A stretch of DNA of 63,360 bases, counting the filler, from Atractiella rhizophila (Eukaryota), in NCBI GenBank assembly GCA_021432655.1. It is 4 parts of 4 records of this genome, joined end to end, with 100 filler letters (N's around TTAATTAATTAA, not from the genome) between each part and the next. Parts side by side here need not be neighbours in the genome. Positions count along the whole stretch, not along the records: positions 54,250 to 63,360 come from MU271883.1; 3 more parts are not named here. One strand, written 5' to 3'. This document shows positions 61,799 to 63,360 of this stretch, piece after piece (position 1 is the first letter of the stretch; every line of letters begins with the position of its first letter). Made by a program: the position numbers and the translations under genes. The notes under the pieces were generated by a model. It was not told the origin of the DNA and did no database searches. It worked only from the letters and a program-made list of their open reading frames with translations.

Positions 61799-62214
61799 NN
61801 NNNNNNNNNNNNNNNNNNNNNNNNNNNNNNNNNNNNNNNNNNNNNNNNNNNNNNNNNNNNNNNNNNNNNNNNNNNNNNNNNNNNNNNNNNNNNNNNNNNN
61901 NNNNNNNNNNNNNNNNNNNNNNNNNNNNNNNNNNNNNNNNNNNNNNNNNNNNNNNNNNNNNNNNNNNNNNNNNNNNNNNNNNNNNNNNNNNNNNNNNNNN
62001 NNNNNNNNNNNNNNNNNNNNNNNNNNNNNNNNNNNNNNNNNNNNNNNNNNNNNNNNNNNNNNNNNNNNNNNNNNNNNNNNNNNNNNNNNNNNNNNNNNNN
62101 NNNNNNNNNNNNNNNNNNNNNNNNNNNNNNNNNNNNNNNNNNNNNNNNNNNNNNNNNNNNNNNNNNNNNNNNNNNNNNNNNNNNNNNNNNNNNNNNNNNN
62201 NNNNNNNNNNNNNN
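61799..62214. other. Sized assembly gap
   Basis: 416 N without linker. Confidence 0.95.
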
Positions 62215-62836
62215 TGTATCGAGAGGTTCAGGCTGAGAGCAGCGAGAGGATGTGCGAGTGAGAAAAGAGTCAAACAACGCTCGAGTGCATCCTTCAGTGA
62301 GAACGTATCATCTCCCCATTCACTGTGCAAACAATGGGACCATGCGTACCTCCAGTGATTTTGGCTTTTTGATCAAACGACTATCTGACTTGTACGTGAC
62401 GATGATTGTATCCATTCCGTGTTCTCGAGAGCAAGATATCGAAAGCGCTTGCACAAAGCGAGAGTGAGAAAGTGACGGGAGGAGTTGAGGATGGAGGGTG
62501 GTGTTCGAGATGAGATTGGGTATTTAAATCTAGGTCTACGAGTGGAATTAGCTCGAGGGCATCACGATCGCGAGTTCCAACCTGGAGTCTTAAGCCGACT
62601 TCAACCCAAGGCAGCGTCCCACAAACCTGCGTTGGCAACACCGACCTGTCCGTCGCGAACCGGTTCTCCCTTGCTCCCTTACACGTCAAAGGGCAGCCTC
62701 AAAGGGAAGGAAAGATTAGAAGCTGGGCAAGGTTTATGAAGCTGCGCACATCTCCTCCGATCCTTTTCGGCGACCCTAATTCTGAACCTAACCTAAATAA
62801 ACCGCAAGACCTTCAACAAATCATCATTCAGCACAA

Positions 62837-63360
62837 TTAGCATTTCATGGCATTGAGACATGCGTGGGCAACGTCGTGAAGGGCAAGCGGGCAGAGATAC
62901 GTAAAAGGCAGGCTGTATCTGTACTTCCTCTCAACAACTTTCAACAAGTCATCACCGAGCTCTTTGGGCTGCTTTGCTTCGTTATCGTGAAAGCGCTCAT
63001 CTGACCTTCTGAAATATGTATCTTTTCCCATCGTTTTTCTGAAACCTCCAAACAGATTTGTCCTCGAAACCAGATCGCCGAAAGATAAGTAGTCCAGGGC
63101 GCAGAGGTCTCCCAAATCATCGGAGTAAATAATCCAAGCAGTTGCAATGCGCAATGCAGAACTCGAACCCAGCAGGATACCTTGATGGGCTTGATCCTAT
63201 GAGGTCAACCAACCTAGATAAGGCATTAGCGAAGGTCCAAAAGCACTTCACTTCTAACTTGACTTCCCTCTTCCGATCAGGTAGAGAGGTCCCGACATTT
63301 CTCCACAACCGTCACGATCAGTTGAAATTCTTGACAGGGTAGTTCAAGTTGGATGTATGC
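62837..63360 (-). CDS. 3' part of a hypothetical protein running off the window
   Basis: ORFs 62837-63154 and 63117-63308 in different frames, so spliced or frameshifted. Confidence 0.35.

Noticed and set aside
1..63360. CRISPR arrays, tRNA or rRNA genes
   Set aside because: No repeat-spacer arrays or recognisable tRNA/rRNA sequence; the context is eukaryotic.

Overview
Eukaryotic DNA from an intron-rich fungus, most likely a Pucciniomycotina-type basidiomycete (inferred from ~40-60 nt introns, a CxC1-KDZ transposase, FunK1 kinases and a CPL1/PriA-like protein). Left part: two tandem alcohol-oxidase-like GMC genes, the first frameshifted, separated by an ~8.9 kb Kyakuja-Dileera-Zisupton (KDZ) transposon. 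The transposon has long TIRs, an HMG-like cargo gene and a 1.07 kb TIR element nested in its left TIR. Next come ARP6, gap-truncated Zn2Cys6 and YIP1-family genes, and NHP2. About 20.8-33.8 kb is a rearranged island: duplicated XRCC2-like pseudogenes, a GET4 fragment, FunK1 pseudogenes, an AT-rich NUMT-like patch holding a MITE, and a small two-LTR element. The right half holds REC114-like, GET4, an MFS permease, a START-domain protein, a Cys-rich CPL1-like secreted protein, a micro-exon Zn2Cys6 factor, PAB1, an F-box protein, RidA and pyroglutamyl peptidase I. The most unusual signal is four ~0.5-0.9 kb self-complementary first introns (ARP6, GET4, START gene and probably the XRCC2-like gene) whose ends base-pair just inside the splice sites. 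A possible 1-nt exon is also notable. Gene models were spliced and family calls made by eye from motifs; no searches or folding were run.
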